DNA of 56,843 nt, filler included, from Platydemus manokwari (lineage: Eukaryota), in NCBI GenBank assembly GCA_037951405.1. It is 5 parts of 5 records of this genome, joined end to end, with 100 filler letters (N's around TTAATTAATTAA, not from the genome) between each part and the next. Parts side by side here need not be neighbours in the genome. Positions count along the whole stretch, not along the records: positions 10,069 to 25,455 come from JBBMOY011276983.1; positions 25,556 to 34,594 come from JBBMOY011309871.1; 3 more parts are not named here. One strand, written 5' to 3'. The notes beneath the pieces were generated by a model. The model had not been told where the DNA came from, ran no database searches, and was given only the letters and a program-made list of their open reading frames with translations. Numbering within the stretch: the first letter of the stretch is position 1; each line of letters begins with the position of its first letter. The translations under genes were made by a program, and so were the position numbers. Shown piece after piece: positions 12,776 to 25,562 of this stretch.

Positions 12776-15433
12776 CTAAAGATAAAAAATAAAAATGAGG
12801 ATTGAAAACTTTATGAGAGTACTGGAAATAAATTGTAGCCATTGGAATTACTTGATAATTTGTAAATAAGAAAATGTTTATAATAATAATAATAACAATA
12901 ACATTAAAAGTGATATGGCATATCCAGTTTTGAAAGCTGGTTTCATTGCCATTATGAGGATTTTAAAGTTTCTGTAAATAATTTTTAATTATTTTATATA
13001 AAATAAACGATTGAAAGTACCTTTAAATATTTTTTGTATATATTAAGTAAATATACTTTCTGGGTTGACTTTCTTAAATTCATTTTCAAATCATATTTAA
13101 TGAAATAATAACAGCTGAGATAGTGACCACGTATTTGGATTAAATTCTGAGAAGATCAATGTCAAAATAGTGTATAATTGTAGTAATTTGTATAATTTTG
13201 TGTATAATTTATATAAAAAAATTAAATACTTGCGGTGCTAACTCTGATTCCGAGAGAATAATTTGGAGTATGGAATTAAGCATGTTTATTAAATTAAATG
13301 GAGAATATGTAAGATGGAGAATACAAGGATTATTAAGAACACACGCATATATATACATATTTTTATATAAAAATACATAGAATAGAGATTTATATATAGA
13401 TAAACACATAGAGAACTCGATACAGAGATTATAAGAAATAGACAGAATAAATAGAGTAATTTCCGTGCTTTAAACACAAATAACTAAATCGATCTTGGCT
13501 ATTTTTAACCACAACTCACTGAATCTATTTAAAAATACGCTTTTAAGTTTATTGTCCGTCGCCAATGACTGTCACACATCAATCGACATTTCCTGTCAGC
13601 TCAATCAAAAATGTCCTTCTCGAACACATTTTTACATGACCCATCACAGTAATGGGAACATCTGGAATTGAAAACTGTCAATTACGATTTATAATAACAA
13701 CAAATTATTGATACAGAAAATTTTCCGTATCTAAAATTTCTGAATCAAAATTGAAAACCAGTGTGAAAACAATGACAAATATTTGCATGAGAACAGGAAA
13801 ATGAAAGCAAATTCATTAATCGATGTGAATCTTTTGTTTTGTACCACATAGGGGACGAATGATTTTGAAGTTAATATTGTCGACCTGTTAAGAACGTTTA
13901 ATAAGCTTTCAGAAACAATTTCACATTCTGTTATGAAAGCAAAGAAGTTTCAATATCGTAGTAAGTTTCTAGTTTCCTCATTGGTCAGATAATTACAACA
14001 ACCCGTACTCTCACGGCAAAAAATAAAATAAACGAATGCCTTGTTCCAGTATCAGCTAGTTCAGCTAAAAATTCAAATTTTTCAAAATTCACTCAAAGCA
14101 ATATCATTAATCTAAATAACCACAAAGATTTGATTAATCCCACTCATCAAAGATGATTTTATGCTTTACAAGATCCAATATACCAATTAGCGAGTAAAAA
14201 ATGAATTAAAAGAAGCTGATTCACTTAATTTAAATTCTTCTATTCAAAGACTTTCTCAAGGTAAAGTAAAATATGGATTTTTATATCAGTTAATTAACCA
14301 GCAACAAAATCATGAATAATCAACTGACACAAATGATATTCGCCCTCACTAATAAAATAGAATAAAAGCAATCGAACATTACCTACCGTTGAGAGTGGAA
14401 TAAACCCACACTAAAAACAATATTGGAACCCATTTATTTGACATTTTACATGCGTATATGCCCACAGCGTCATACATGCCAACCAGCCAAAAATCAATGA
14501 CAATATGGCAGCATATAGATAAAGATTGACCAATCTTAGTCATGATAAATCAATAAGCCCTATTGCAATCAGGGAGATGAAAACATTTAATAAAGGTCAA
14601 GCACAAGCAAAACCAACACATACAAACTTCTGACTAAAAATTATCTTGCGAATATGGTCGATTATCAGTGAAAATATTTAGTGTGTTTGTTATTTTGATT
14701 ATAAGTAGTATTGTTTAAAATCAATAAAAGTTTGAAACACTACCAAGGTTTTACTATTTTGCCAGTACTTTGAAAACTTTAGAAATTAAATAACATTATA
14801 AGATGTTAATATTTTTAATATTTGTGCAACTTTTATCGATTTAAATCGATCAATATTCATTTTGTTGTTCATTTAAGAAAAATAATCAAATCAATCAATA
14901 GCAATTTTAATCAATATTCTGGTTTAATAGATTTGCATTAGCGACTAATGATTATTGATAGTTTTTAAGTTTTTTTTGATAAATTAAAATAATAACAGCA
15001 TTTTCTTATTCGAATTTTTAATAGATTAACTTTATTGAAATAATTATGGCCGACAAAATTGGGATCTTTTGCGAATGATGGAAAGAATTTTTATCGAATA
15101 CCAATTTGAAAGATCTTTTAGCTTATTCTAAATTTAATTCAACCTATAAATGATCTAATCATATTTATGGAAATGAAAACACGTGATCTTTTATACAAAT
15201 TGTTGGTGTATTATCCCTGCAACTATCTACTATCACTCGGACTAGACACTGACATCAATACAAGCCCAGTGAAAACTATTACTAAGCTACGACCGGATCC
15301 GATTATCATCGACCTAATAGTGAAAATTTCGAAAAACAAACTACAAAAAGTACTGATCAATTTTTTCAGAAATTAAAACGAAAAGCAGAGACCAAACCTC
15401 ACCGGATGTGCTCTGCATAGGAGTACTTGGCGC

Positions 15434-15740
15434 ATGGGACCCTTAAACAGCAATGTTCTCAACACCATTCGTCTCGATAAACATCGGAAGTTTCCTGATT
15501 GCAACTCTATTAAAAGCGCCTTTGTAACCTCAAAAGCGCACACTGATCAAAGAAAACTGAAGCAACCATTATGGACTAGAGCCTTCAACCAACTGGACTC
15601 ATCTACCACAAACTTATGGATATCTATCAAACGAAACAAGAGAAAATCTGTAACAAGAATCTCGAAAAAGAATGAATCATTCAAAGAATACTATTGTGCA
15701 TATTGTGTATTGATGTGAGAACATGTGCCACTGCATCACC
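15434..15740 (+). mobile_element. Possible DNA-transposase C-terminal relic (piggyBac-like Cys-rich tail)
   Basis: IRLDKHRKFP...RKSVTRISKK...EYYCAYC..*EHVPL loosely resembles the piggyBac cysteine-rich domain. Intronless and interrupted by a stop; weak. Confidence 0.2.
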
Positions 15741-17339
15741 AAGAAAATTATGTTTATGTATAACAAATCTTAGTTTTTTCTAGAATCGGTTTCGTTTCAT
15801 AAAATCCCAAAACAAGTGTTGATAGTTGTGGATAGCAGTTAATAGACTCACAAATCGGAAATTGATTAAATTGGAATATAATAATTTTATTGTTCATTTA
15901 AAGTAGATGGCTCATTGCTGGAATCGTTTATATTTATGATTATATCATCATTGTTTCCAATTCTCGTAACGCTCAGGTAGCTGACAATAATTACTTTGCG
16001 CACACACAATTTCCCAATCACTTCTTACATCATTATTAATTATGCATATCTGCATGAAATCGTCACGGTTTATTGTCAGAGAAAGTTGGCATCATGCCAA
16101 ATTTTCTCTCGGTGATTTGTACTATGATAAAAGTACAAGGGAATTGACATAGATTTATAAAACAGTAAATCTACGAGAAATGTTTAATTTTTCAAACATG
16201 AAGTTTCCTTTATAAATCTTCGCTCAAAAGTTTTGCACAATATTTTCTCTGGTTTGTCGTTAAGTTATTTGAGTTCGACTATTGTAATATATTTCCATTA
16301 AAATATAATTATAAATTAATAATTATATAATATCTGTTTTATTATTATAATCATCGGCACAATTATGATTACTTTTATTAAAACCTTATCACTGTTACTA
16401 GAAGAAATACCAGAGGAGGAACTCCTTCTGGCTGTGTAACGCAACTCTCAGTAATACTGCTACTACCAATAACCGTACAAGGTGTACGTTATAAAATGCA
16501 TTAATATGTTCTTCTATTCCAGCAATTCTACTATTTGTAAGAGTACATTACAGGTTATTACAATTTCTCAACTTGACCACTCTATGTATCGATTTCAGCA
16601 CCATTTTATTGTGGAAAGCACAACATCATCGCCTTGAAGTTCTGGCTATTTAATAATTCATTTCACTTCTATTATCATGACAAGAATAATATGTTTTTTA
16701 AAAACGATCGGTTAAAGGCATCCAATGGAAATGTCCGTCGGACCGTCATTGTCATGATTTGATCAGATTCCCCTTCAATTACTTTATTGTATTATCATAT
16801 TTATTAACTTTATCTGGTATTCAGCTGTCTTTTAATTTCATTTGTTTACCATGATTTGTTATTTTCAGTTATGATTGTCGACAATGTTTAGAGGGAGGGT
16901 TAATTAAAATAATTTTGACTAACAACTTTTAAATTACGATTTAAAACAATTTAATAAATTATAGAAATTAATATTTTATATAAAATGTTTTAAAATTTTT
17001 CAATTAAAATTTAATTTATATTTTATTGTTTAAAATTAATATTTATATATACTTGATAAAGATCGAAAACGAAAAAGTTCTCCATAAATTTGTTTGAAAA
17101 ATGTTAGATTTGTTATTAAAATAAAATTTAAGAAAATCCTAATAATGACTACTTTTGTTGAAACATAAATTGCAAGCGAAATAACCGCTACTAACAGTTG
17201 TGATATGTCTTTATAAGTTTAAATATGTTAAAAGAATAAAACAATGTATTCTGTTATAATTATTTTCTTTGAATTTTATTCATTGAAAAAAATTCTCTCC
17301 ATATCAGTTTTATGGTGTTTTAAAATATCTTCAACACAG

Positions 17340-18583
17340 ATTGTACGAAACGATCGAAGCATGGAGAGAATTGTATTTCCAATACCTGAAATTTGTGAAT
17401 ATTTGACTGAAGAAACAAAATTTAAAGTTAAAACTCAAACCGAATTAGACGAACAAGGCTCTAAAGTGCCGGGATTTTTTGCTGAAACCAATTGTATGTT
17501 TCAAGAAATGCAATGGCAAAAATCTCTAAGAGGTAAAATTAATATTGTACATTTGACTTATATAATATACATATTATTTACTCATTATTGAAAGTAGTGT
17601 AAAAATGTTTAAAAACATTTTTAATGAACTTAAAAATAATTTTGGAAAATTTCAATAAATACTTTTTTATAACATGACACTAATTTCATATATTTATATG
17701 GAAATATTTGCTTTGTTGGACGTGATTAATAAAAATTGATTTATTTTATAAAGATATATTTAATTTTAAAATTAAACATTTTCAAACTTTACAAAAATAT
17801 TTTATAATAAAATCCATGAGACATATTTAATAAACATCTGGTAATTTTTATTTTTGTTTGGATTCAATGAAATCCCTGACAGATATAAAACTTTTGCTTC
17901 CCTGTTTATAAAGAAAATCTCAATGACAACTATATTATCAATCCCAACGAAATCAAAAGGAAAAGAGGAAGATATCAATAATAATGCTTTTAATGACAGT
18001 TATCAATAATTGTGGATCGGCAATAAAATTTATTAGATCCTCCGCAAATCGAATATTATAATTGTAAATTATGAGTATTATAATATTTAAAATTTTAAAG
18101 AAATAATAAAATTTGAGTATCGAATATAATGTTGATAAATATGAATGTTATATTTCGTCATATTATTCATTAAATCATTGTAATAATGAGTTTTTTATTA
18201 GAAGTTTTCGATATTGAAATTATTTCATTTAGCAAAGAGCCTTCTCTTCTGGTTGAGCAACCACTTGCTGTTATGGAGTGATATTAATTTCTTTTTTTCT
18301 TTGGTGATGAATATTTTATTGATTGTTTGGTATCCATTTCCATTACAAGATATTGGTGAGCATTTGTCATATTAAAACGAAATGTTTTTTAATTGGTTTT
18401 CTATTTTCAGAATTGGGAAGTGTGATGATATCGATAATATGGTTGTTCATTTTACTGGGACTTGTAGCTACAATTTTCATTCGCAATACTATGTCGGTTT
18501 TAATATTTGTGACCACTTTAATCATCAAAATCAGTTTTTATCTGGATATAGCACCGTTTCTGTTGTTTATGGGATGTCTGAAT
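17340..18583 (+). CDS. ITPR: Inositol 1,4,5-trisphosphate receptor, 3 internal exons (pre-TM region plus first TM helices); fragment
   Basis: Exons 17340-17532, 18233-18355 and 18411-18583 splice in phase. They give IVRNDRSMERIVFPIPEICEYLTEETK..TELDEQGSKV..FQEMQWQKSLR-AKSLLFWLSNHLLLWSDINFFFSLVMNILLIVWYPF...LLFMGCLN, which matches ITPR [39 protein letters not shown]. Confidence 0.93.
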
Positions 18584-18642
18584 GTAAATATTTAGCTTTG
18601 AAATTATTATAGATATATCTTATAAACTCGGTGATGATTATT

Positions 18643-18646
18643 AATA

Positions 18647-18715
<69 letters not shown>

Positions 18716-18725
18716 TATAATAATA
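18643..18725. repeat. (AAT)n microsatellite
   Basis: Seen directly. Confidence 0.95.
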
Positions 18726-19859
18726 CAAATAAAAATATTTTCGGTTATTAAACTATTATCACTATTATTAATATTTTCATTATTTATTAGTTTTATTATT
18801 TTATTATGTTGACATTAATATCTTATACGTATATCTTATAGAATACATGTCTTATATTTTAATTATCCTATTATTATTATTATTATTTCCATTTATATTA
18901 TATATTATTTCAGCCTTCAATTGTGAATAATATAAATTTATTTATAAAGGAATTTTGATTTGAAATCTAAATTATATTTTAATAATAATTGTTTTCATTT
19001 TAAATTTCTTTGAACTGCATATCTATCCATCCGTGAGATAATTCATCACATCAATGGAACCAGTGACCAATTTTACCGTAAATCAGTAGGAATAATTTTG
19101 AGTTTTCGATTATCATAAAATTACCAAATGAATACTCTTCATCTCTTTGGTTCATTCAACCTCCTGACATTTTCCATGAAATTGTTTGTTTTGCAGCTGA
19201 AGAAATCATATTGGGTAGTAGTATTCTCGTATATTTTGAAGAAAATAAAATTTTCATATCGATATCAATGCTGTATAAACCAGGGGGAAGATAAATTTAT
19301 AGATACAATAGAGCGGTTGAAATATGTGAATTTCTGGCTCCCCTCTAAAAATGACCAATATTTATAGAGACCTTTAAGAGTATGGAAAAGTGGCAAAAAA
19401 TCATTGTGGTTCCTAGTTTATCTGACAATCGGAATACCGATGAATACGTAGAAGCCAAACCATATCATAACATAGGAACACTTTCGTGGAAGAAAAGTTG
19501 TCTCATGTGTTTGTTTAAAAAGAGTGAGTGTGCCTTCAAGAACTTTAATGTGTGAGTAGGTATGTTGAATGTATACTTGTCACACAATTTTATGATATTG
19601 AATATTACGATCAAAAACAAACGACTTATTTTTCCATTTCTTTTCCTAATTTATATTTAGTTCCTTAAATTAAAACAAATTCGACTCGTGGAATGTTATC
19701 TGTAGCTGCAAATATCTGTCTCAACAAGCAATATCCACACGCTAAATAACGATTTACAAAATACTAATCCGATAGAAATCGCTGAGCAAAAGGCAATACT
19801 TTCTAATGTTAAAGTCGACGACAATTTGACAATACTATGTCGATAGGAGAAAATTTGAA

Positions 19860-20080
19860 AACGATAATTAGAAAATAGACAAACAAAACACCTCATTATT
19901 TGATCAGCTATTATCGAATTATAAAAAATGCAAAGCTGGAAAACGTATATAGGAAAATGTATATGTTCTCCATAGTTACACGACGATGTCTTACAATGCA
20001 GCTATCAAACGGCATATTATTTCATACAAATAAATTTATGAGCACACATCTGTCAAAGATAAGCACACGGTGAACAGGAA
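19860..20080 (+). mobile_element. Possible decayed non-LTR ORF1 (gag-knuckle region)
   Basis: Stop-riddled frame YIGKCICSP*LHDDVLQCSY...HICQR*AH loosely resembles the YIG..C.V.D...QC..C..H pattern of Jockey-type ORF1; weak. Confidence 0.2.
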
Positions 20081-20780
20081 ACTTTACCCCCTCCCTTCCA
20101 ACTTTGATAAAACTCCACAGCAAACGTCCCGACACACACACACATACTATTGTTGTGTCATTGGGAAACGAGATTGTGTGTCGAATGAAAATTGAAAGAT
20201 TATTGCAGAAACACGAATTATTTAGACACACAGGCCAAATTATTTTCCAAAAACAAAACATTATTTCCCCCTATTATTGTGTCTGCATTTTCTTTCCCAG
20301 CTATTATTCACAATTCTCTATTGATTGCTCATTACGATATTGTAGGACAGGATTTTAGTATAACTTGTATTTGCAATGATTGTGAATTCACTTTAATAGA
20401 ATTCTTTCAGATCATGACATCCCGCTACCTGATTGATATTGAGACGAGAAAATCCAAAATTATCCAGTAAGTTTTCTTTTCATAGAATTGATATGATCTA
20501 TGCTGATATTTTGATGACCGTGAATGATAATGATGAGCTTATTGATTTATCAAAAATTATATTCTCAGTGTAAAGTTGCGATTATTTTATTATATTCAGA
20601 TTTTATCATCAGTATTAACTGTAGCATGGAAAATTTTCAGATAAACGACTTCATAAATTTATAACTACATGTGATGCTTAGGAACAATGAGGTCTATGCG
20701 CTCACCAAGGTAACTCGGTGGTTATAATATCAACAAACCAAACTTTATCGTCAGCTTAATCAAAATACTAAATTTATAAT

Positions 20781-20802
20781 AATTATAATAATAATAATAA
20801 AA

Positions 20803-20833
<31 letters not shown>

Positions 20834-20850
20834 GTGTTATTATTATTATT
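20781..20850. repeat. Inverted (AAT)n/(ATT)n microsatellite pair
   Basis: An AAT run is followed immediately by an ATT run, so it can form a hairpin. Confidence 0.85.
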
Positions 20851-22940
20851 TAGTTATATGCGTATAATTTTCTGTTCCTTGGTGATATTTTTATCCAATA
20901 GTTAAATTTATTTGGCTATGATTAAAATATTCCGGCTAAAATGATATAGCGTCTAACTTTTATTGATTTTAAAAATATATTGAACTTGAAGGGCGATTGT
21001 TTTCCATGAATATCGTCAATGAAATAAGCACGATTTTAAAACAACACACTGATATTTTGACGAATGTCAATCATATTTTTGTTTTATAATATTAAACTCG
21101 TGTAAATTTCCTCATCGCTGTTGAAGTTGAGGTAAAATACAAATGGCATCGAATGTGTATCGCTTGGTGAAGGAGTAGAATAATCAATAAATTTTATATA
21201 TATTAAATCAAAAAATTAATTTCATAATCCTGATAAAAATCTTTCAATATTTTTCATTGGGTCGAATGATATTTTATTTCTTTTGCATTGTATTGAGTTC
21301 TTATAATGTGTTGGTTAATGGTTTGAAACAATTATTATTAGTTAATGTTGTTGAGAAGTCAACAATTTATGATTGCGATTTTTAATCAGTCGATTTAGAA
21401 AAGAAATTTTCTTCTTCGATCATTTATTTAAATCCAAAATACGAACAAATGGGAATAAATGATACGATTTATATTCAGAAAATTCCGACATTGTAATGTT
21501 TGGTAATACTTACTGGTGTCGTAAATTTAAATTTATTACCCCTTAATTTGTTAAAAAAAAATAACATTGAAGCATGTGAGGCCCAGCGATAAAGACTCGG
21601 AGATTGGAATTGATATCCAGCTCAATCACAGTTGAAAATTCTCACGGAAATTTTCATATTCAGAAAATCACATCCCACATAAACATAATATATAATAATT
21701 AGTTTGCTTGTATTCGAATGATCCATGTCGTGTGACTTGTTTTTGTTTTAATGAATTTCAAAATCCAAAATTATCCAGCAAGCTCAATTTCCACTTAATC
21801 GATCGATATTCTCCCAGCAGATTTTTTGCAGAACGTTAATGATAATAATGAGTTTATTGATTTATAAAATTTTCATTTTCTATCTTGTTTATCCTTGTTT
21901 TTCTTAATAAAAAAAATTTTTCATCGAAATCAATAATAAAAATAATATTTTCAATCAATTTATGTGTCATTTTTATGATTATTATTATTATTTTTAAACC
22001 ATTTTATAATTAACATGAATTCATTATCAATTAAACATCTATTATTAATAAAGTTCATTAAAAAATAATAGTTTTCACTTTAAAATTTATCATTATTATT
22101 AAGTTTGTTTTGGAAGAGGGGCTTTGGACCCTTTTAAGATTGTTTAAAATGATCTCTCTATTTAATCTCACAAGTAGAATTATAATTATAAAATTATCAT
22201 TATTGAAACCCCTGAAACCTTAATTGATTTGTTATCTATACTTTTATCATTAAAAAATTGCTGTCATATTTTCCCGAATAAATTCCACATCGAATGAAAT
22301 GATATTTTGGCTTTAGCGAAATAAAAACAAAAACGTTACGTAAACATTGTGGAATATCAATATTTGTATATCGTTGATATGATGTAATTAATTGCATTGA
22401 TGTTTATATCAAATAAAACCCAACTAATATTCCCAAAACTAATGGCATATCATTCCACAATTAAAAGGCACACTGACAAATACATGCCTGCTATGATCTA
22501 ATAATCCAATTCTTGCAATTATTTTATTTCCCACAAAATCAATAATATGACTCATCGAGATCGGCCATTAATACGACAATTTAATATGGACAAATTAATG
22601 AACTGAAAAATCAACAATAAAGATAAACAATCAATGGAATTTAAATACCTGGTTTGCATTGGATACAAATGTCCTACAGTATAAAGATCTATGAGTTGAA
22701 TTATAATGCATCAATATAGATAAATGGATTGGGGTTCGATTGAATTGGTTTAATCTATTTATATCACAGAAATCTGTCAAGGAAACATTAATTAATTTAT
22801 TTTTTCATTTATATACTTAATCGGATAAAAATGGTTTCCGCACACATCTCAGAACATAGAACGAAATGTCGATCTGATAATATATTTGAGAATCACATTG
22901 GTTACTGATCTCCACATCACGTGCTTGGATTAAAAATTCC

Positions 22941-23577
22941 GGCTTAAGTTAAGAAAAGGGGTCCCATAACTTACTTTCGTAATAATGAATTTTCGCCCAT
23001 AAGACAATTTTATAACCTAATTTCATATATTATTCTGATGTTTGATTTATTCGTATAACTCAGTTAATATCTCACATTTTAAGATAGTTTTAAAACCAAG
23101 TTCTCATTCTAATCACAATACTTCTATATGATTATTTGAGTTTTGAAATTTAAATTTTCTATAATTATAGATCGAATTAGTTAATTACAGACATGTTTAA
23201 TAATATCATTGCTTATTTTTATAAAATTATGGAAAAAATTGATGGTATCTCAAAAATTTTCATAAAGTTTTTATAAAACAATTTTTAAAATTAGGAATAT
23301 CTCTCAATTTGCTTTTAATGTTAAAAAAGGGGTCCTCGCTAATTTTCAATAAATTGCAATTCGACCTACTTTGAGTCCTTTTTCGAATAATCAATTTTTA
23401 GGAGATTTTGAAGCTCTAGTCTATTTAATATTTAATGTCAAACAATTCTTCTCAAATACTTAAATAAAAAGTTCAAAATGTTTTTAAAGAATATAATCAA
23501 GTAAACTATATAGATTTTTGCAACACACTCCACAATTTTAAAATTTTATTTTAGGACTCCTTTTCTTAACTTTAGCC
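22941..23577 (+). mobile_element. Merlin-type non-autonomous DNA transposon (MITE), complete 637-bp copy
   Basis: TIRs GGCTTAAGTTAAGAAAAGGGGTCC and (rc) GGCTAAAGTTAAGAAAAGGAGTCC. Perfect 8-bp TSD AAAATTCC at 22933-22940 and 23578-23585. GG termini with an 8-bp TSD are typical of Merlin/IS1016. Three homologous copies occur elsewhere in the window. Confidence 0.88.
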
Positions 23578-23844
23578 AAAATTCCATAATAATGTTTACA
23601 TGAAATCCATTTGGAAAAATGACTGTAAAAATCGGTTTACCACATAAAATTACTTTCCTTAGTCAGTGTCACAATTTGGAACTGTGGTTCTGGAGTTTCC
23701 TTTCCTCTATATGTGTAGTGAAGAGGCCACTTAATTAAAAGATTGTACTTTTATTGACAGGATTATTAAAACTTATTTTCAACGAAAATAATTAGTTTAA
23801 GAATACCAATTATTGATTTATAGTAGCTTTTGTTTTATTTCTGA

Positions 23845-24561
23845 ATGAATGTTTTGGTAAAAGAGGAATGCGTGGTAATTCTAATTAATTAAAAAGGCTC
23901 GGTTGTAAAGATACAATCAGATGAGAGACCAATGAATTCTTAAATAATCTACTGCATATAAAAACCATAGATATGTTTTACCAGAAAATATTTGTGGTTA
24001 TTTCGTACTTATTGTAAAAGAATAAAATCGGTAATTTTTTAAAATATAATATAATGTCAATACATTCAGTGTTTACCGAAACGGTGATAAATACAGCAGA
24101 GCAGCTTTGGTTCTTCTACGACCTATCGAACAGCAACAAATCGAGAGAATATTCAGAGCCATTGAAGAAAAACTTACTCTACCCTACAATAAACCAATTA
24201 GAAAGTAAAATTTAATGTGAAAAACGTTATTTTTTATTTCATTTTTGTTTTTATTTTTGAAGAATTTACACAATGAAAGGACGAGAAATCGACGATCCTA
24301 TTTTTGTGAAAGATCAAAAGTATTACGTTGTTGGATCGTCAGAAAATTTCGTCCACGTCCGTTACGGTTGTATTTACAAATGGACAATGATAGGCCCAGT
24401 GAAATGGAGGTGAGTTACCGGTTTGGATGAGAATCAAAATAGAGATTATTTGATTTTATGTTCAGCAAATTTGCTGGAGTATTTTACGAACCACCGGCAC
24501 ATGATGATTTGTTAGTTCAACAACGAACCCTATACAATTGGAGAGGAAACAATGTAAACAG
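23845..24561 (+). CDS. Doublecortin (DCX) domain-containing protein, partial
   Basis: Exons 24070-24204, 24263-24409 and 24466-24561 (plus likely 23845-23874 and a 20-nt exon at 23985-24004) give ISVYRNGDKYSRAALVLL...IEEKLTLPYNKPIRKIYTMKGREIDD...QKYYVVGSSENF..VRY. This fits the DCX consensus (YRNGD, VRKLYTxxG, YVAxGxExF). The 3' end is not found before the gap. Confidence 0.85.
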
Positions 24562-25455
24562 GTGAGTGATTTCTGGTAGATATCGAATAATATTTTAACT
24601 TACACTACGATTTTCTGCACATACGCATATATGCGTTACCAATGAATTTTTCGTAATTTCATAGCACCAGAAAATAAGTAGAAAATGAAAACTCGTATTT
24701 GTGCACTTCAATCTGTTCTTTTCATTGGCAAATGCACACACATATATTATGTGGTGATTTTTGTTTTTCATGATGTTGCTTTTTTTAATTTATAATTCAT
24801 AAATATATAATTTTTATATTTATATATTAATTATAATATAACAATATTTTTATAATTGGAAATAGTTAATAGTAGGAACAGTGAGAAAATATTCAGACAA
24901 CTCATTAATTTCTACTTAATTTCGTTACAATTTTTTCAGACAAAAGCTGTAAAGAATAATTTCTCGATTTTAATAACAAAACGCTAATTAACTGTGAGAC
25001 TGTTTTTCAAACATACTACGACATACTTTGAGAAATTTGCTTTAATATTTATAAAGTATTTTATTGAAAGTCTTTTTTAACCATTGAATTGATCTGTATA
25101 TTCCACTGATTCTCTTCAAGAGACTTTATGATTGTCCTTGCATTTGTTTAGTGGAATTAAATTAATCATTAACTTAACTTTGTAAATCGAAATAAATGAA
25201 TTTAAAAGATCAGTTGGGGAGGATGGAAAAATGTAGATATTGCGTAAAGAGATTGTATTCAGTTTGTATTGTTTTTGATTTAAAGAAATTAATTCCTTGT
25301 ATGAGCTTAAATTATGAATTATCGAGAGTTATTCTCGCAGTTATTCTAAGTGGATGTAATCTCAAATGTTCTGTTAGTCTACATCGATACCAAACACGTA
25401 CAAAATGGAAAAATATTTCGCCAGTATATATGATGGGAAATAAGAGTTCTTTTTT

Positions 25456-25555
25456 NNNNNNNNNNNNNNNNNNNNNNNNNNNNNNNNNNNNNNNNNNNNT
25501 TAATTAATTAANNNNNNNNNNNNNNNNNNNNNNNNNNNNNNNNNNNNNNNNNNNN
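25456..25555. other. Artificial scaffold spacer
   Basis: N44-TTAATTAATTAA-N44. Confidence 0.97.
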
Positions 25556-25562
25556 AAATTTT

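Noticed and set aside
14380-14640. Minus-strand ...LACMTLWAYTH resembling the atlastin TM hairpin
   Set aside because: Only a short motif, surrounded by stops, with no GTPase exons.
16058-16096. Resemblance of AATCGTCACGGTTT to the 5' end of a trematode spliced leader
   Set aside because: Similarity is limited to about 14 nt; there is no ATG|GT donor or Sm site downstream.
20104-20200. TIVVSLGNE as the missing next ITPR exon
   Set aside because: No suitable acceptor or phase, and no continuing ITPR similarity.
22731-22745. GGTTCGA B-box-like word suggesting a tRNA or SINE
   Set aside because: No TCC completion, A-box or cloverleaf.
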